A stretch of 63,736 nt of DNA, the filler included, from Phoronis australis (Eukaryota > Animalia > Phoronida): the NCBI GenBank assembly GCA_002633005.1. It is 10 parts of 10 records of this genome, joined end to end, with 100 filler letters (N's around TTAATTAATTAA, not from the genome) between each part and the next. Parts side by side here need not be neighbours in the genome. Positions count along the whole stretch, not along the records: positions 1 to 5,974 come from NMRA01000455.1; positions 6,075 to 28,450 come from NMRA01000488.1; 8 more parts are not named here. One strand, given 5' to 3'. Below, piece by piece: positions 1-12,221 of this stretch (its first letter is position 1; every line of letters begins with the position of its first letter). The translations under genes and the position numbers were made by a program. The notes below the pieces were generated by a model, which saw only the letters and a program-made list of their open reading frames with translations, searched no databases and was not told the DNA's origin.

Positions 1-1618
1 TCAGGAGCGCCGTTACTTAGCCACAGTTCCGTTACGATTGCGCCTGTGGTCGGAATCGGGCATTTAAAAATCGGGTTTGAGCCCCCCGCCTCCCCTTCAC
101 ACACACGCGCACACACAAAGTAAAATGGCACACATTGCTTTATATTGTTTCAACAGTATAATGTTAATTACCGTGGTTAATTAATAAACCCAATATTTCC
201 TCAGGCTCTATGGCTTTTTATTTGTTTTGGGTCAGCGAAGGGGGGTGACCTCTGCCCCCTCTGCCAGAATACACTGGAGACGTCTAGTCAATGCTATGGT
301 AGTTAGTCTATACTGTTCCTTATGTGAACACAAGACATTCACTTGGCTGTGCTAGCGAAGAAAGTTCCCTCTCTTTATTACAGAATGTTGTTAACATAAT
401 TAATGGTAGCATTCACCCGATAAGAGCCACTTGGATTGACTAGATGAATCCATTTCTACAGGTGGAGTTTTTTTGCTAGCGACATCTATTGAAATTCGAG
501 CTTCTCATTTTCATAAGATTGATTCTACCATAGATTAAAGACCGAACTCACGCGTCGGACATTAAAATCCAAATCGAGGCTCACTGCGATAAACAAAGCG
601 GAAATTTACATTGCTTGAGTTAAATGGCCGATCTTTTGAGTCCAACCTGGATATTAAATCTTAAAAATGTGCCGCAATTCTCCACGCATGTAGTAGCCTT
701 AGGTCTTTTGGGAATTTGTGACCACCTGTCGAAGATTTGCACCTGGGAAAATATCAATAGGAAGACTTAGTGCGACGACATATTTTGATAACAATTTCGT
801 CTTTTTACCAGCTATTTACATGCAGACAGCGACGCATGCGCAATTCAATCACCACTACTACAGCAGCGAAACCGCGAGAAGAATTCGTCAAATAGCCCAT
901 TCTTTAAATGCTTAGGTCACGCTTGCCTGTTTACCAAAATTCCTCCAAATTTTTAGGGTATTTGACGGTTATACTGCATTATTTTGTTTCAGAGAACAGT
1001 ATGGGAAAGTCGTTTTTAATATATGTTGATAGACTAAAACCGAGTTTTTTATCTTTTAAAAGTAAACTTTTAAATTCAGCAAGGTGATTTCAGCGAATGG
1101 CTGGAAGACAACGGAAAGAATTGGCGATTTACTATGAAATTTATTATGAAATCACAAAACAAAACCGATTTTGTTGTTTCATAGTTTTGGTCAAAGCTCG
1201 TAACTTCAAGAAGCCGATCCCGTCCAGCAATGATTCTACAATGTATGTTTCAAAAGCAAAACAGGCTATACCGGGAATTTACGAAGATAAGCCCCGGGTG
1301 GATGTTTGGAAAGAGGCTTTTCAAAAACGTCAAATGAAACCGACTACACCGCCAAACATATTTTTGGAAACTGTCTAACATTTCACGATGCAGTTTAAAA
1401 GTAAATAACTATTTTTATTCACTCAAAACTGTTTTCGAAGTACTTAGAAGTAAACATCTGTTATGTAAATGTGTGTAGTCCTTTAAAGGTCATCACTGCG
1501 TCCAAGCTATTCATTTTCAGCATATTTTACGTTTTCTACGTCACTTTACTTGCAACGGAGCATGAGATACGTTCAACTACCAAAATCCGAAAAAGAACTT
1601 CAGGTTATTGGCAAAGTA

Positions 1619-1755
1619 CGGTGGCCCAAAGACGACATCACGCGTTTCTTTTTTTAATTATCGCAGGATCTCGAGATCTCACCAAAAAATCTCGATATCC
1701 CGACTTAATTATCCCAGGATCTCGAGAAACGCGCGATGTCATCTTCGGGCCACCG
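1619..1755. mobile_element. Tc1/mariner-type MITE
   Basis: ~30-bp imperfect TIRs CGGTGGCCCAAAGACGACATCACGCGTTTCT / AGAAACGCGCGATGTCATCTTCGGGCCACCG, with TA on both sides. Confidence 0.65.
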
Positions 1756-2303
1756 TAGTGAATAGTCTATTTCTGTTCCATTTCTGTGTGTACAGAAACA
1801 CCTCTCCTGCCCACTGTTGACCTGCGCGACCACCAACGTGTGATCAAGTGACACTCGGGGTCAGAACTGAGGTTGCAAGGAAATGTTAAATAAATGCTCA
1901 TGGTTTAAAAACAAGCATTCAAAGTCACTCACTCTTCGTGTAACAAGTTGACACGGATTTTAGAGCTTGTTTTGAACTGGTAACGCCATCGTGGTCTTGG
2001 GAAGAAATGGAGCAAAATTAGCAACTCGAACCGTTGCTGAAAACATTCATTGCAAGAAATGGAATGTGCATTGATCATTTTAAGTACTAGTTGTTTGTAC
2101 TGATAGCAACACTCGTATGAAGGAAGTGACTGAGTAACGTAAGCAACAAGCCTTATGTGCGTTTTTTGAAGCAAGCATAAAAATCTAAACGTGAATTTTT
2201 TTAAATAAACAGGCCCCTTTAATATATATAGCTGTTGCAGTATATCACTGGTAAGAATATTATTCGTCAACACTCATTTCGTATACACAGCAAACACAGC
2301 GCC

Positions 2304-4062
2304 TTAAAGTCCTTCTCTCAAACTGCCCATGTGGTTCCAGTATCCGAAAATACTTACTACATAAAATCTTATTTTCGACACCCTTTTTTTATATTCTTTT
2401 CGCCTTTCTTGCCAAAAGCGATTTTTGAACAGTATTTGACCCTTCTCTCTGAGCGTATGATTACCGGTTGTCTTCGGTTATTTCCGTACCCACATTTCCG
2501 GCTCATCAGTTCAGGAACTTGTCCTGAACGCCGCCATTTTTTCCTTGTAACTGAATGTGCTATCGCTTGCTCGACAAGTCTTCATTATTTTGTTTTATTA
2601 GTAATATCTCGTGATTCGTTTGCATATGTACTGTATTTATAGTTTGTAGTTAGTGGTCGTTGATTTTTTTGGAATGTTACGCGTACTTAGTATGTTAAAA
2701 TAGCATTGGTGTTTAGTTCCTTACGTAGGCCGGTCGAACCTAGGAACCAATATGAGTCGAACCAATTTTTTTTTCGGTTTTCTTTTTTTCTCGTTTTGAA
2801 AAAGTACTTTGCTGTCATCGGAAAGGTAGTGCATTCTACTCCGTAAAAATTGAAAAAGTATCAAAATCGGGGCAAGCAGTGTAAAGTTATTGCAAGTTTT
2901 GTGGCGAAATTTGCGTCACTTTGTTTGGATCGCGTCGGCCATATTGGAGGGCAAAGGATAAGTTACGAGTTCAAAAATTTGTGTAAATTGTTTTCGCCAA
3001 CAAATTACGGTGAAATTTAGTTAGACATATCTTTACTTACTATTCTGCACGATTTAACAGTGTTCACCAAATTTCAGCCTCGCAGTGGTTACTCATTAAG
3101 TGATAAATGTGCTCACAATTCCCGTTGGACTTCGTCTAATTTCTGGCGGCACCGACAACAAGGCGACTTTTGCTGAACTGAAAGGCATGTTCAATCAGCT
3201 ACTTTGTAATTTGTGAAGATTTAACGTTGATACATTTTGACAAACGTTGCTACAAAAAAGAAACTTTGTTCAATTTTCGTGTTTTTGTGCAAAAATATAA
3301 GATGTATTCGAATTTTTTTCTGTAAATTTCCCATTCAGGTGATCTTACACTAAGCTAAAAAATAGTTGAAATAATTTTGAAATGGTTTTATGATTGACTG
3401 TCAACTGCTGTTCAAGGCTTGATTAGGTGTCACAAAATGATTCATATTTTTTCTAAATTTTAAGTCTCAATTGCTGTCAAGTCATGTTTTGTAACTTATT
3501 GCTTCTTAATTCAGGTTATCAAGTCAACAATATGAATAATCCTAATTTGAGAAATAAGGTATGTTGGATTGTGAAGCTTCAAGCCTCTAATTCTTGTTCC
3601 TTGCAACTTGATATTTTTTTAAATGATGCTTGTCAAATTCTGGTGTAAGGAAACACTATTCCGTCACCATGGTAATAGTTACATGTATGTCCACTTTCAT
3701 ATCATGGAAACTTGCTGTTGAATAGTGTTTGTAGTGCTAAATGTTGAAAAGTATTGTGCATTTTAAGTTACGTATAATGTTAAAAGTTTGAATCATTTTG
3801 GGTTAATGAATAAAAATGATAACATTTTGTATTGGACTTCTCATACTTATGTGCTCTAAGGAGCTCCCTTTTTGGAGAACTGGAAAAAGGTCTGTCTCAG
3901 ACAGAGAAGCCCGAATTCCGAAAAAAGTAGGAAATGAGACAAAATTCCACTAGAAGACAGGAAGTACCAATTTAGCGTCTGCAATTCATAGCTCTGAACA
4001 TACCCACTGAATCTTATAGTAAAAGATAGACATTCCCAAAAATTCCAGCCCCCCCCCCCCCC
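2304..4062 (+). repeat. ~1.75 kb dispersed direct repeat, copy 1 (copy 2 at 8388-10136)
   Basis: Colinear and near-identical to 8388-10136 by eye. Starts at TTAAAGTCC and ends in a poly-C run at the gap. Confidence 0.9.
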
Positions 4063-5773
4063 NNNNNNNNNNNNNNNNNNNNNNNNNNNNNNNNNNNNNN
4101 NNNNNNNNNNNNNNNNNNNNNNNNNNNNNNNNNNNNNNNNNNNNNNNNNNNNNNNNNNNNNNNNNNNNNNNNNNNNNNNNNNNNNNNNNNNNNNNNNNNN
4201 NNNNNNNNNNNNNNNNNNNNNNNNNNNNNNNNNNNNNNNNNNNNNNNNNNNNNNNNNNNNNNNNNNNNNNNNNNNNNNNNNNNNNNNNNNNNNNNNNNNN
4301 NNNNNNNNNNNNNNNNNNNNNNNNNNNNNNNNNNNNNNNNNNNNNNNNNNNNNNNNNNNNNNNNNNNNNNNNNNNNNNNNNNNNNNNNNNNNNNNNNNNN
4401 NNNNNNNNNNNNNNNNNNNNNNNNNNNNNNNNNNNNNNNNNNNNNNNNNNNNNNNNNNNNNNNNNNNNNNNNNNNNNNNNNNNNNNNNNNNNNNNNNNNN
4501 NNNNNNNNNNNNNNNNNNNNNNNNNNNNNNNNNNNNNNNNNNNNNNNNNNNNNNNNNNNNNNNNNNNNNNNNNNNNNNNNNNNNNNNNNNNNNNNNNNNN
4601 NNNNNNNNNNNNNNNNNNNNNNNNNNNNNNNNNNNNNNNNNNNNNNNNNNNNNNNNNNNNNNNNNNNNNNNNNNNNNNNNNNNNNNNNNNNNNNNNNNNN
4701 NNNNNNNNNNNNNNNNNNNNNNNNNNNNNNNNNNNNNNNNNNNNNNNNNNNNNNNNNNNNNNNNNNNNNNNNNNNNNNNNNNNNNNNNNNNNNNNNNNNN
4801 NNNNNNNNNNNNNNNNNNNNNNNNNNNNNNNNNNNNNNNNNNNNNNNNNTGGTTCAAAAATTTTCCCATTATTTTCCAACAAAAAATAATTATTTGCTCA
4901 TGCAAAACCCATCATCTCATAAAAATGTTGCCCAAATGTTTCCTTAACATTTATATAGATACAAACCGTAAAAGGACGAAAGTTTAACCAGTACTGATTT
5001 AGTGAAATTACGTAATCATTATAGCGCGTGAATTTAAATGTAGACGAACATCCGGTGACCAACAGCAGTAAGAATGCACCCAGTGTTAATCCCCTGAGAC
5101 ACTGACCTGGTCAGTACAATCTAATCAATAGAACTCATGCAAAACGTAGTTATTGTGCAAGTTTCCTTTGTGTTGAGTTGTATTCGTAAGGCAGTTTCCA
5201 CCGGAAGTCAACAGTTTGAATTTTATAACGACAGTCAACTTCGAAGAAAAAGTCGTGTGTTGGCTAGCCCGCGACAGTGAAGTTTATCTTACTACGGGCA
5301 GAGCCAGCAAGAAGACATTTCACAAGTTTTGGAAGTCAGGTTAGTGCCAGAGAGCGTTCTAAAATCGATTGGCAACAATGGGTGGTGTGATTTCCAACGA
5401 ACGTGTTAAGTTCAGTTGTTATTGTCACTGTCAGCCACTAACGCTGTCACATACCGACATGGACTCATTCTGTGTGTGAATTATCTAAACTTCTAACGCG
5501 TAATATACTTCTGGAGGTCCATTAGAGGAAGCCATAACGTTCACATAAAGCTATTGATCTATTATATTTCTGTCTTCTGAGGTTGTGTCAGTGTGATCAA
5601 TGCAAGGGGGGGGGGGACTACCAAGGCAAAGTGTAATCATTTCCCAAGTTGGGTATATTGGCATTGGTTGTGTGTGCTTATGTCTATGTTCGCAGTAATT
5701 CTTGGAAGCTCCTGATTTTGAAATCTCATATCACTACAGGTCAATAATTTGCAAGGTTCACTTGCCTCATCCA

Positions 5774-8700
5774 CGCACCCATCCTAAAATATATGGGGGG
5801 TGCTAACAATTTTGGGCATGTTGACCTTTTACTAAAAAAATGGGGTATGTTCAGAGCTGTGCACAGTGCATTCCTGAATTACAGCTTTTTAGTGGACATG
5901 TGTCTCGTTTTCTCAATTTTTTTTTTGTTTCTATGAGGCTGACCTTTTCATGCCTACTTCGGCAAGTGGGGGGGNNNNNNNNNNNNNNNNNNNNNNNNNN
6001 NNNNNNNNNNNNNNNNNNTTAATTAATTAANNNNNNNNNNNNNNNNNNNNNNNNNNNNNNNNNNNNNNNNNNNNACAATAACTAGAGGGCGTGCGTGTAC
6101 TAGTGGTGATAGATTAACAGCCTCGATTTCGCGAGCCCTTTAAGTACATGCTGAAATGGCTTGCAGGCGTGCCAACTAAACCTGAGATTGCGTAAAAAGG
6201 GTGCTTCTATGAGAGGAAGTAAGCACGACCTCATACAAAGGTAAGGTTTGTGATTGTTTTAACGATTATCCCATGATTATTCTACCGATGCCTGTTAACT
6301 GAGGCACTCGCCGATGTCGACTTCGCGGCAGTCAGTCGCCGGCCAGAGTCTGGTTAATCTTTGTATGTTGTGATATGTGATACGATACTTGCCGTAGCAA
6401 TCTAGTCGGGAGAGTCATACCTTGCAGTATTATATGTAGTGTATTAGGAACGATCAGAAGCTGAGGACGCTTGTGCTTTTACCAGTTGTTTACGTGCAGA
6501 CAGCCACGCATGCGCAATTCAATCACTACTAGTACAGCAGCAACACCGCGAAGAGAATTCTCCGAATAGCCCCATTATGAACATGTTTTAGTTGTTGTCT
6601 ATTCTTACGACATTGTTGTGGTCATCATTATCGTAGCTAGGGGACTGGAGTCCACCCTGGGCGAAATTGGAAAAAATGGAAGATGACGCAAATTAGGGGC
6701 TTCCATGGGGGAGAGATTTGAGTGGTGGTTGTTTGGGGAAAATAATCCAAGCCACTGATGGTTAACATTGAAATCTTTTGTCACTTTTTACTAGCGTTTT
6801 TTGTTTTATGTTCAGTTTGAGACTCGTAAAGCATACTTTTTACTTGATTGATTCTCTTGAAACTACTGAGATTTTTATAGGTCTGGAGTGGTTATCTAGT
6901 TTTGAGAAACGTCTATCTTAGACATGTGTACTGGGCAAAATAAAAAGACTTTGTGTTTCAGTAGCTCTTGTTTTCTTCAAACAGGATGCAGTTTTTTGAA
7001 GTGTTGTGTAGAAATGCATCATACACTAAACCTAGCATACCTTCAAGAAACTGTGGTTTTGAGTCCGCCGCATGAACGGAATTTACATATTGTGAAACTT
7101 TTAGCTGGTAAGTCGCAACAACACCCAATTGCTTAAATACTGGTTTGGAAAGTCGGTATCTTGGATATCACTGAAAGTATTATGTTTTCAATCGTAAATA
7201 TCCGTACCTGTTATTTTTCTGAAATTGCAAATTCCACTGGCGCACTGCCACCATGCTCAGCCGCTTTTGTGTAGTACAAGAAGCATTGCGTGACACTTTG
7301 TATGTCCAATAACACGACACTTCTCCTCGTATCCACCGTCCTCTTTTCACGTGTGATCTCGAAGATCTTGATTAGTTTTATTATAAACTTTGCTATTAGT
7401 TTTAGAGGACTTTTTCATGCGCATATACAGGGATTTGTCCAGGAGGTCTGAAAAAGGACCAGCATGCACTGCAGGCAGTGCGTGGGATTCTTAGTCAGTT
7501 ACGGTGTTTGAAAACTGGCCAAGCAATGGGTAATGGGCACCCTTAATAAGAATAAAAAATGCTTCTCTGAAGTATGAGATAGTGATGGGGTTGTATTATT
7601 AACTCATAAGTACATTAAAATTGACTTTTTTGATTTCTCTAATCCTATAACAAATTTTTATTTTTGCACCAGCAAAACTGAAAATCCGCGAAGAAAAAAT
7701 ATCTCATACAGCTTCCCATGATCTCCTTCGTCACTAATGTAGCAAAACGAATGATATTTGTTCTATTTGGCATCTTGGTCGGTAGATAATTGCACAATCG
7801 AGTAGCGCCTCCTAGAGTCTTTTAATCAAACTGACAGTCACAGATTGGTAGAAAAGTGTGTGATTAATGTAAAAACTGACAGCACAAAAACTATGAGAGA
7901 CAAGATTTTTTATTCTCGCGTTGGGCTGAACAAAGACAGCAGTAACAGATGGAAATTAACTCATATTCCAAAAGAATCCGATATAGATTTGGGAGAGTGA
8001 TAAAAATGCGTAAAAATGGCCTTAATAATAAGCAGTGAAAATGATATTTTTGTAGGCTAAAATGTGAGGACATAAAAAATCAAAAAATCCATCCGAACTA
8101 GTTTTTCTTGTACGTTATTCTTTCTTCTTTCTGCTATATAGTTATTTTTTTCTATATCGTGAAGCAATGATGTGTTGTTGCTGACAAAATGTTACCTACT
8201 TCCAAGTACTATTATTTGCAATTTTTCGGAAAAATACAGTGGTCGTAAAAAGGGTTAAAAAAACTCGGAAACTCTTAAAAATTCAGGGTCAGGTTTCTTT
8301 TGACAAGGCCAGCTGATGTGCTAAGTTTAAAAAAATTGGTGATTTTGCATATATACCCCACCATCTGGTTTTTATATGGAATTGCTCTTAAAGTCCTTCT
8401 CTCAAACTGCTCATGTGGTTCCAGAATCCGAAAATACTTACTACATAAAATCTTATTTTCGACACCTTTTCTTTATATTCTTTTCGCCTTTCTTGCCAAA
8501 AGCGATTTTTTAACAGTATTTGACCCTTCGCTGTAAGCCGGCTGTCATCGGGTATTTCCGTACCCACATTTCCGGCTCATCAGTTCAAGAACTTGTCCTG
8601 AACGCCGCCACTTTTTCCTTGTAACTGAATGTGCTATGGCTTGCTCGAAAAGTCTTCATTATTTTGTTTTATTAGTAATATCTCGTGATTCGTTTGCATA

Positions 8701-10154
8701 TGTAGTGTATTTATAGTTTGTAGTTAGTGGTCGTTGATTTTTTTTTGGAATGTTACGCGTACTTAGTATGTTAAAATAGCATTGGTGTTTAGTTCCTTAC
8801 GTAGGCCGGTCGAACCTAGGAACCAATATGGGTCGAACCAATTTTTTTTCGGTTTTATTTTTTCTCGTTTTGAAAAAGTACTTTGCTATCATCGGAAAGG
8901 TAGTGCATTCTACTCAGTAAAAATCAAAAAAGTATCAAAATCGGGGCAAGCAGTGTAAAGTTATTGCAAGTTTTGTGGCGAAATTTGGGTCACTTTGCTT
9001 GGATCGCGTCGGCCATATTGGAGGACAGCGGGATAAGTTACGAGTTTAAAACTTTGTGTAAATTGTTTTCGCCAACAAATTACGGTGAAATTTAGTTAGA
9101 CATATCTTTACTTACTATTCTGCACGATTTAACAGTGTTCACCAAATTTCAGCCTCGCAGTTGTTACTCATTAAGTGATAAATGTGCTCACAATTCCCGT
9201 TGGACTTCGTCTCATTTCTGGCGGCACCGACAACATGGCGACATTTGCTGAACTGAAAGGCATGTTCAATCGGCTACTTTGTAATTTGTGAAGATTTAAC
9301 GTTGATACATTTTGACAAACGTTGCTACAAAAAAGAAACTTTATTCAATTTTCGTGTTTTTTGTGCAAAAATATAAGATATATTCGAATTGTTTTACTGT
9401 AAATTTCCCATTCATGTGATCTTACACAAAGCTAAAGAAATAGTTGAAATAATTTTGAAGTGGTTTTTTGTTTGACGGTCAACTGCTGTTCAAGACTTGA
9501 TTCGGTGTCACAAAATGATTCATATTTTTCAAAATTTTAAGTCTCAATTGCTTTCATGTCATGTTTTGTAACTTATTGCTTCTTAATTCAGGTTATCAAG
9601 TCAACAATATGAATAATCTTAATTTGAGAAATAAGCTATGTTGGATTGTGAAGCTTCAAGCCTCTAATTCTTGTTCCTTGCAACTTCGTATTTTTTAAAT
9701 GGTGCTTGTCAAATTCTGGTGTAAGGAAACACTATTCCGTCACCATGGTAATAGTTACATGTATGTCCACTTTCATATCATGGAAACTGTTGCTGTTGAA
9801 TAGTGTTTGTAATGCTAAATGTTGTAAAGTATTGTGCATTTTAAGTTACTTATTATGTTAAAAGTTTGAATCATTTTGGGTTAATGAATAAAAAATGATA
9901 ACATGTTGTATTGGACTTGTCATACTTATGTGCTCGAACGAGCCCCCTTTTTGGAGAACTGGAAAAAGGTCTGCCTCAGTCACAGAAGCACGAATTCCGA
10001 AAAAAGTAGAAAATGAGACAATAATCCACTAGAAGACAGGAAGTACCAAAATTTAATGTCTGCAATTCGTAGCTCTGAACATACCCACTAAATCTTATAG
10101 TAAAAGATAGACTTTCCCAAAAATTCCAGCCCCCCATTCTTTAGGGTTGGTGCG
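5774..10154. mobile_element. Putative non-autonomous DNA transposon with long diverged TIRs
   Basis: Left end CGCACCCATCCTAAA...GGGGTATGTTCAGAGCT matches the reverse complement of 9960-10154 (...AGCTCTGAACATACCC...TTTAGGGTTGGTGCG). Flanks CTCATCCA (5766-5773) and CTCATACA (10155-10162) look like an 8-bp TSD with one mismatch. Spans a gap. Confidence 0.5.
8388..10136 (+). repeat. ~1.75 kb dispersed direct repeat, copy 2
   Basis: Near-identical to 2304-4062. Confidence 0.9.
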
Positions 10155-10968
10155 CTCATACAAAATCTGGGAAAATCTCTATTGAAAGCCAACAACTTTG
10201 CGCAGTTCGCCAGAAGTACCCAAGTTCTAAATAAACCTCGTTTGAGCGAGCGTTGTGGCCAGCGAACAGTTAGACCCATAGGCGGATTTAGGGGGAGGGC
10301 CAGGGGACCCGCCCCCCCCACCCCTTGGCTGCCGCAAAAAAAATAAAACAGTAAGAGCGTAGGGAAATGGTGAGTATATTAATAAACCCCGGTAATTAAA
10401 ATTATACGGTTGAAAAGAAGATTTAAATGTGTGCAGTTTTAGTGTTGGAGGGGGGGGGGCTCAAACCCAATTTCAAGTGTCAAATTCGGAACACGGCGCA
10501 TTCGTAACGGAGCTATGGCTAAGCCTAAAGTATAGGCTCTCCCGCGATATCCCAGGCGACCGGCAGTGGCGCTGCGCACTACGACTCCGTTTTCGTCGCC
10601 TGCTCCACTCTGCAATGAAGAAAATTTACTTCATTTTTTAAAGAGAATGGAACCTCAGTGACGATGAAAAAACAGAAGCTGCTGGTAAGATGTGAATTTT
10701 AATCGAAGCCTTAGTGAATCACTCAGAAACTCGCAATACTCTCTTTGTCAAACCTTATCTTAAGACGATTTCCAAAGCAATCACGTCATTATTGCCAACA
10801 CGAAAAACGGATTTGGTCTTTTGGGCATTTGAAGACTATTTTAAATACGACAAATTTTTTAACAATTGATGGCACAAAATATAAAACGTGTAATAAGCAT
10901 TACGAAAAGAAGTAGGTTTCGCGCGCAAACGCTGTGGACCATAAACAAGTAGGTCTTTTAGTATGAGA

Positions 10969-11035
10969 TTGGTGGTGTAGTGGTAACGCACGCGCTCTCT
11001 ATGCCCCAGGTCGTGAGTTCGAATCTTTGGTACGT
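10969..11035 (+). repeat. tRNA-derived (SINE-head-like) sequence
   Basis: A-box TGGTGTAGTGG and B-box GAGTTCGAATC at tRNA spacing; no intact cloverleaf. Confidence 0.4.
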
Positions 11036-12221
11036 TCAGTTTTTCCTGTTTGACACGTTCTCCCCTCCCGACCTCCCCCCATTCGGTGCTATGCGCATCT
11101 ACAATCGTGGTTTAGTTTGCGCAAATGCTAACAGCCGGACAAAATGTTGGGCCCCCCTTGTGATATGCTAGATCCGCAACTGAGACCTAAGGGTAGCCTT
11201 GGCGCAAAGCTGTATAGGCCTACTAACAAGCTGTATTTTGACGATAGTCTTCACTGGTAGCTGGTGACTGAGGCTAACTAAGGTCTGCCGCGGCAGTGTG
11301 ACACAGCCCGTAATTTCATGCAAGTGTCTGAAACTACCATTGAATATATGCAGCATTTATGATTTGACCATTTTACTACTTCGACAAAGCAGCTTGCAAC
11401 CGCATGCATTTACCATTCGCCAGTGTCTGGTCTCGATCCGCACCGGGTCCGATAGGCTGCGGTCCCGAGTCTGGCAAAATAATTTCTGTCAAAATTTTTC
11501 GCCACATTTCTTCAGCAAATTCGATAAAATTGTCCGTAGTTTGATTTTATTAAAATTAAGGCGCGCTGTCGATTATTTTATCCCCGTTTGCTGACTGGTA
11601 ACAGTACAGGCACTGCTCCAGTCGCACTGACGGCGTTTTCTCGGCCTGGGTTCCTGAATGAATTGTACTTCCGGGTTCGCGGCAAGTTCAAAATGGCGGT
11701 GGTTCTTCGGGTGCGAATCGTGAGTGGCGCGTTCATTTAAACTTTTTTCGAATACGGATCGTGTATTAGTTATGGGGTAGGTACTTCTTGGATCCTTATA
11801 ACAACCATGTAATAAGGGTGAACAACGCGTGAGAGAAGGACTTTGAAAACCTAATCAAATTTTTACATCATGAAGATGTTTTAAGACAAAAACTACTTGA
11901 CGATTGAAACTACTACACATGCGCATGCGTATTTACTCTATTTTATTGTTGTGTTTGATATGTATAAGTACAGTGGGCCGATGACGTCGAGTATGAATGA
12001 ACGTTCGAAGTAGGCTGGATGTCTAGCAGAACCCTTGATTTCATTTGGAATTGATCGTACGAGGTCCTTCAAAGGTTTCGTTGAAAACATAGTGGGTCAT
12101 TTTAGGACTTATACTTGATGCTCTGATCCAAACCTGGCCATTGCAAAAAGTCTCGACTACAATTTGTCACAAAACTTAGCAGAGATTATCGTAGAAAAGA
12201 TTTTGCATTGCTACCTCTTAA

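Noticed and set aside
3856-4905. Long ORFs made of X residues (also 58872-60011 and its overlaps)
   Set aside because: They are read-through of N gaps. Only the piggyBac part before the gap is real.
5378-5410. MGGVISNE as a myristoylated first exon
   Set aside because: Weak donor and no downstream exon; insufficient evidence.
6019-6030. TTAATTAATTAA motif inside N-runs (also at ~28495, 33985, 37313, 40656, 44190, 54815, 58172 and 61389)
   Set aside because: Identical six-frame-stop linker between contigs; an assembly artefact.
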